The notes under the pieces are model-generated. The model made no database searches and was not told the origin of the DNA. It saw only the letters and a program-made list of their open reading frames with translations. The position numbers were made by a program, and so were the translations under genes. Positions 42,679 through 46,422 of a stretch of DNA of 46,422 nucleotides are shown piece after piece; position 1 is the first letter of the stretch; each line of letters starts with the position of its first letter. The stretch covers positions 1 to 46,422 of the forward strand of contig CAMAXG010000002.1 in the NCBI GenBank assembly GCA_945862225.1, in the 5' to 3' direction. This DNA is from Thermoflexus hugenholtzii JAD2. GTDB taxonomy: Bacteria; Chloroflexota; Limnocylindria; Limnocylindrales; Limnocylindraceae.

Positions 42679-43428
42679 ATGCAGATACTGCAAGTTGACG
42701 GGCTCTCGCACTCGTTTGGTGAACGAGACGTGCTGCGCAACCTTTCGCTCTCCGTCGCTGCCGGCGAATCGGTGGCGCTTCTAGGCGCGAATGGGTCAGG
42801 GAAGTCAACGCTCCTGCGCCTTGTCGCAGGGCTCCTGACGCCAACGGCTGGGCGGATCGTACTCGTTGGGAGCGCCGCGGCCGCCGGCCGCCCAGAGGTT
42901 GGCATCGTCTTCCAAGAGTCACGACTCCTTCCATGGCGCACGGTGCTGCGTAATGTGACGCTCCCCTTGGAGCTAGAGGGTGTGTCGCTCACGAGTGCAC
43001 GTGCGACAGCCGAGGCGGCACTCGCGCGGGTGAGCGCTGTTGGGCTGCTCGATCGCAATCCTGCTGAGCTCTCGGGTGGCGAGCGTGGTCGCGTCGCGCT
43101 TGCGCGGGCGCTCGTTCGGCGACCGTCGCTCCTGTTGCTCGACGAACCCTTTGCCGCGCTCGACGCCATCACGCGCGCCCGACTCGATGACGAACTCCCC
43201 GAACTAGTGGCGGGGGCGGCGACGCTGCTCGTGACCCATGACGTCGCAGAGGCGCTGCTCGTTGCCGACCGCGTACTAGTGCTCGGCTCTGATGGAGCAA
43301 TTCAGCTTGAGGTGCCAGGCCTGCGAGGCCAGCCAGCAGCTGGGCGACGCGCCGCACTCCTCTCGCCGGACGGCGCCGCGCGACAGACGCGCCTCTACGC
43401 CGCCCTTAATTCGGTGTCGCATGCGTAG
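42679..43428 (+). CDS. ABC transporter ATP-binding protein (NitT/TauT-type)
   Basis: Walker A GANGSGKST, signature LSGGERGRV, Walker B LLLLDEPF. The homologous N-terminus starts at ATG 42679 (MQILQVDGLSHSF). Confidence 0.9.
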   Translation: MQILQVDGLSHSFGERDVLRNLSLSVAAGESVALLGANGSGKSTLLRLVAGLLTPTAGRIVLVGSAAAAGRPEVGIVFQESRLLPWRTVLRNVTLPLELEGVSLTSARATAEAALARVSAVGLLDRNPAELSGGERGRVALARALVRRPSLLLLDEPFAALDAITRARLDDELPELVAGAATLLVTHDVAEALLVADRVLVLGSDGAIQLEVPGLRGQPAAGRRAALLSPDGAARQTRLYAALNSVSHA

Positions 43429-44173
43429 GCTGAGTCAACTCACTCCGCTCGCCGTCGCAGCTCTCCTGCTCTCAGCATGGGAAGTTGCGGTGCGCATTTT
43501 CGCTGTGCCGCAATTCATCCTCCCCGCGCCATCGGTGATCGCGGTGCGATTCGCGGAGGCGTGGGCCGACGGCACCATGCTGCGCCACCTCGTGCCCACG
43601 GTGACCGAGGTGACGATCGGTGGCCTACTTGGCGGCGCGCTCGGTCTCCTGATCGGCGTCACGCTCGGGCTCTCGGGCTCGGCCCGCCGTGTCGTCAGCC
43701 CCTATCTCGTTGCGGCGCAGTCGACGCCAATTCTTGCGCTCGGTCCGGTGCTCGTCCTCTGGCTCGGGCCAGGGCTCGCCGCAAAGGTCGCCGTCTGCGC
43801 GCTGATCACCCTCTTCCCAGTTGCCATCTCGACGCTCGTCGCCGTGCGCGACGTTGATGCCGGGACCCTTGAGCTGATGCGTTCACTCGGGGCAACGCGC
43901 TGGCAGAGCCTTCGCTATGTGCGCCTCCCTGCGGCACGTAGCGGCATCCTTGCTGGGGCACGCGTTGCCGCAACGCTCGCGGTGGTCGGGGCGATTGTTG
44001 GCGAGTGGCTCGGAGGCACTGCAGGACTTGGCGTACTTCTCAATCTTGCGCGCGGGTCACTCTTTGATACGCCACTCCTCTTTGCCGATCTGTTGCAAAT
44101 CGCAATCGTAGGTGTGAGTGCGTATGCGCTCGTGCTTCTTTTTGAGCGGGTATCATCAAAAAAGATCGCGTAA
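43421..44173 (+). CDS. ABC transporter permease (NitT/TauT-type, BPD_transp_1)
   Basis: 250 aa from ATG 43421, which overlaps the ATPase stop by 8 nt. It has 6 TM segments and an EAA-like loop (LMRSLGATRWQSLRYVRLPAA). Confidence 0.85.
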   Translation: MRRLSQLTPLAVAALLLSAWEVAVRIFAVPQFILPAPSVIAVRFAEAWADGTMLRHLVPTVTEVTIGGLLGGALGLLIGVTLGLSGSARRVVSPYLVAAQSTPILALGPVLVLWLGPGLAAKVAVCALITLFPVAISTLVAVRDVDAGTLELMRSLGATRWQSLRYVRLPAARSGILAGARVAATLAVVGAIVGEWLGGTAGLGVLLNLARGSLFDTPLLFADLLQIAIVGVSAYALVLLFERVSSKKIA

Positions 44174-44201
44174 TGCGATCGCAAGCGTAGGGGGGTTAGC
44201 C

Positions 44202-45224
44202 ATGAAGCGGATTTTGGTCGCACTACTCGGTTCTCTCGCAGTGGTTGCCGCTGGGTGCACATCGAGCGCCTCGCCGACACCATCAGCATCGGCTTCGGTG
44301 GCCCCCGTGAAGCTCACGGTCGGACTCGGCTACATCCCCGGCGTTCAGTTCGCCCCCTTCTATTTTGCGCAGCAGAGCGGCGCATATGCTGCGGCTGGCC
44401 TTGAAGTAACGCTGCAGAATCAGATCGATCCTGATCTGATCAGCCTTGTCGGTAGCGGCGGACTTGATCTTGCCCTCGCCGACGGCACCAGCATGATCCC
44501 CGCTGTTTCGCAGGGAATTCCTGTCCGCTATCTGGCCACCATCTACGGTGTGCTGCCAAACGTTGTGATCGCGCGAACCGATGCGGGGATCATGAGCCCA
44601 GCTGACCTCAAGGGGAAGCGCGTTGGCACACCAGGCCAGTACGGTTCTGGGTACCTGACGCTGCTCGGCATCCTCGACGAGGCATCGCTCAGCATTGGTG
44701 ATGTATCGCTCGATCTCTACCCAGATTTTGGGCAGACGCAGGCGCTGATCAGCGGCGCCGCTGATGCAACAACCGGATACGCCAACAACGACCTGGTGCA
44801 GGCGCAGGCGGAAGGGGTAGAGGTAGAGGTCTTCTACGCCTCGGCTGCTGCACCATTCGCAGGGCCTGGCCTGATCTCATCGCCAACGACCATTGAGAGC
44901 AAGCGTGATGCAATCCGTGCCTTTATCGCCGCAACACTCGAGGCGATGCGACAGATTGCAGCGAACCCAGAGCTCGGCGTTGATGCTGCAGCGAAGGTTG
45001 TTCCTGAAGTTGCAGCGACACCTGCGGCCCGCGCCAGCTCCCTTGCAGTGATGCAGGCAACCGTCGGCGTGTGGGCCGGCCCACTACAAGAGAGCGCCGG
45101 CTACGGGGCGATCAGCGTTGAAGGCTGGGAGACGTCCATCAACTTCATGCGCTCGATCCCTGGCCAGAAGGTGCTCGACGGACTGAAGGCGAGCGATATC
45201 GTCGACGAGTCGCTACTCCCGTAG
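44202..45224 (+). CDS. ABC substrate-binding lipoprotein (NMT1/THI5-like)
   Basis: Signal peptide plus lipobox (LAVVAAGC) from ATG 44202, with a GGGGG SD upstream. It shows an NMT1/SsuA-like periplasmic binding fold pattern (LGYIPGVQFAPFYFA). Confidence 0.8.
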   Translation: MKRILVALLGSLAVVAAGCTSSASPTPSASASVAPVKLTVGLGYIPGVQFAPFYFAQQSGAYAAAGLEVTLQNQIDPDLISLVGSGGLDLALADGTSMIPAVSQGIPVRYLATIYGVLPNVVIARTDAGIMSPADLKGKRVGTPGQYGSGYLTLLGILDEASLSIGDVSLDLYPDFGQTQALISGAADATTGYANNDLVQAQAEGVEVEVFYASAAAPFAGPGLISSPTTIESKRDAIRAFIAATLEAMRQIAANPELGVDAAAKVVPEVAATPAARASSLAVMQATVGVWAGPLQESAGYGAISVEGWETSINFMRSIPGQKVLDGLKASDIVDESLLP

Positions 45225-45235
45225 CGTGACCGCCT

Positions 45236-46006
45236 CTAGACGAGCGGCCACGGGAGTGGCGGCCAGTCGGGGCTCGGCTCTGGGAAGCAGTCCGTCGCAG
45301 CGAGGTCGCTGAGGCGCGCCGCCATTGCATCGATCTCCTCACCGTCGAGGATTGGTGAGAGCTGGGCGCGTAACGCTCCGTTATCGGTCAGACCCTGAAC
45401 GCCGCCAGCGATGATTGCGCGCTCCTCATCGGTGAACGCCTTGCTGCGCCACGCCCAGAGCACGGTGCGTAGCTTCGGCTCCACGGCGAAGGTGACGCCG
45501 TGATCAACACCAAGGATGCGGCCGTCAGGGAGGGGGAGGATGTGCCCACCCTTCCGGTCGCCGTTGTTCACGATCGCGTCGAAGAGGGCGAGACGACGCA
45601 GCCCCTCGTCTGAGGCGTTGACGAGATCGACTGCACGCTGCACGCCAGCATGGTCAATCCAGAGCTGCACCGCACCCTCACCCGCAGGGCCATCGCGCAG
45701 GATCGTGGGCGGCACAACGCCGAGCCCTAGGGCCTCGCTCACAAGAAACGCAGCAGCCTCGCGCGCCGCGAGGCTTCCTTCAGGGAAGTCCCAGAGCGGC
45801 AGTTCGCCGCGGATTGGTTTGTAGATCACCTGCAGTCCGCCGTCGATCTCACAGAGGAAGCTAGCGTTACTCGCCTCGGCGATGCGTCCGATCGGCGTGA
45901 GATCGTTTGAGAGCTGCATCAAGCGAATCGCCTCATCGATCTCAACGAGACCTGCGGTAGTGGGGAGCGCTCCGCGCCAGTTCGGTGTCGATGCTGCGCC
46001 GGTCAC
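45236..46006 (-). CDS. SCO1664-family protein (PI3/PI4-kinase-like fold)
   Basis: GRIAEASNASFLCEI..., YKPIRGELPLWDFP, NNGDRKGGH and VDHG motifs typical of the actinobacterial SCO1664 family. I prefer GTG 46006, which lies 1 nt after the upstream stop. Alternatives are 45946 and 45919. The ORF-track start 46216 would overlap the upstream gene by about 200 nt. Confidence 0.7.
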   Translation of the reverse strand: MTGAASTPNWRGALPTTAGLVEIDEAIRLMQLSNDLTPIGRIAEASNASFLCEIDGGLQVIYKPIRGELPLWDFPEGSLAAREAAAFLVSEALGLGVVPPTILRDGPAGEGAVQLWIDHAGVQRAVDLVNASDEGLRRLALFDAIVNNGDRKGGHILPLPDGRILGVDHGVTFAVEPKLRTVLWAWRSKAFTDEERAIIAGGVQGLTDNGALRAQLSPILDGEEIDAMAARLSDLAATDCFPEPSPDWPPLPWPLV

Positions 46007-46007
46007 C

Positions 46008-46422
46008 TCAGTTGAGAAGTGCAGCCTTGCGTGCGCAGCGATGGCCGCGCGGATCAAGCGGCACGCCGCAGTTCGGGCAGATCGGTCGGCCTGCGGCCGC
46101 GAGCTGAAGCGAGTTCTCTGCAAACTCAAGGGCGGCGGCAATGCTGAGCGATACGCGCAACACATCTGGGCCGTCGGGGGCGTCGTTGATCGGTGGGGGA
46201 GCGGCGGCATCCTCAACGCTCATGTCATCGCGGAACTCGAGGATGAGACGCGTGAGCAGCGGATCCCAGGCGAGGGCAATGGTGCCGACGCGGAACTCAG
46301 CGGTAAACGGTTCGGCGAGTGCTGGCAGCTTGCGCGGGAGGGGGAGCGGTGCGCTCGGTAGTTGCACGCTGCCACCCTCGCTCAGGTCTTTCAGCATCTC
46401 AACGATCCTCCGCGAGAGCACC
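46008..46422 (-). CDS. DUF3090-family protein, C-terminal part (5' end outside window)
   Basis: C-terminal CPNCGVPLDPRGHRC zinc-ribbon-like motif and the RVGTIALAWDP region. It sits directly upstream of the SCO1664-family gene, as in the conserved actinobacterial pair. The frame is open to the window edge. Confidence 0.65.
   Translation of the reverse strand, partial: VLSRRIVEMLKDLSEGGSVQLPSAPLPLPRKLPALAEPFTAEFRVGTIALAWDPLLTRLILEFRDDMSVEDAAAPPPINDAPDGPDVLRVSLSIAAALEFAENSLQLAAAGRPICPNCGVPLDPRGHRCARKAALLN

Overview
High-GC, very gene-dense chromosomal segment that looks like an Actinomycetota-type monoderm. Supporting genes are F420 biosynthesis, the DUF3090/SCO1664 pair, homodimeric AceE, Lgt, and TAGGAT-type -10 boxes. 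I call 46 protein-coding genes, two of them cut by the window edges. By my calls only about 1 kb of 46.4 kb is non-coding. I found no rRNA, tRNA, CRISPR array, transposase, integrase or phage genes. The content is core metabolism arranged in thematic blocks. (1) Iron: sufB-sufD-Rieske, then an erythrin-VIT1 (MbfA-like) gene, a DtxR-family repressor and an orphan FTR1 permease. (2) Phosphate and polyphosphate: PhoB/OmpR-type regulator, PhoR-like kinase, GDPD, SixA, PhoU, Ppx, CYTH, Ppk1, DUF971. (3) An F420 island: cofC-cofE fusion, cofD, fgd-like gene, PPOX-class and LLM-class genes. (4) A beta-alanine/malonate-semialdehyde module. (5) aceE, mdh, gltX, proS and an RND pump. No classical accessory or defence island is visible. 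The most unusual things are architectural: a sensor-less histidine kinase abutting trxB; a two-component pair split by two aminoacyl-tRNA synthetase genes; a GDPD gene whose catalytic N-terminus lies upstream of any canonical start codon; a CofC-CofE fusion with no FbiB-type nitroreductase domain; PhoU translationally coupled to SixA; a DUF971-ppk1-CYTH operon; a recurrent leaderless-promoter geometry; and convergent genes that share their stop codons. All functional calls rest on motif and family recognition by eye. No database search was run.
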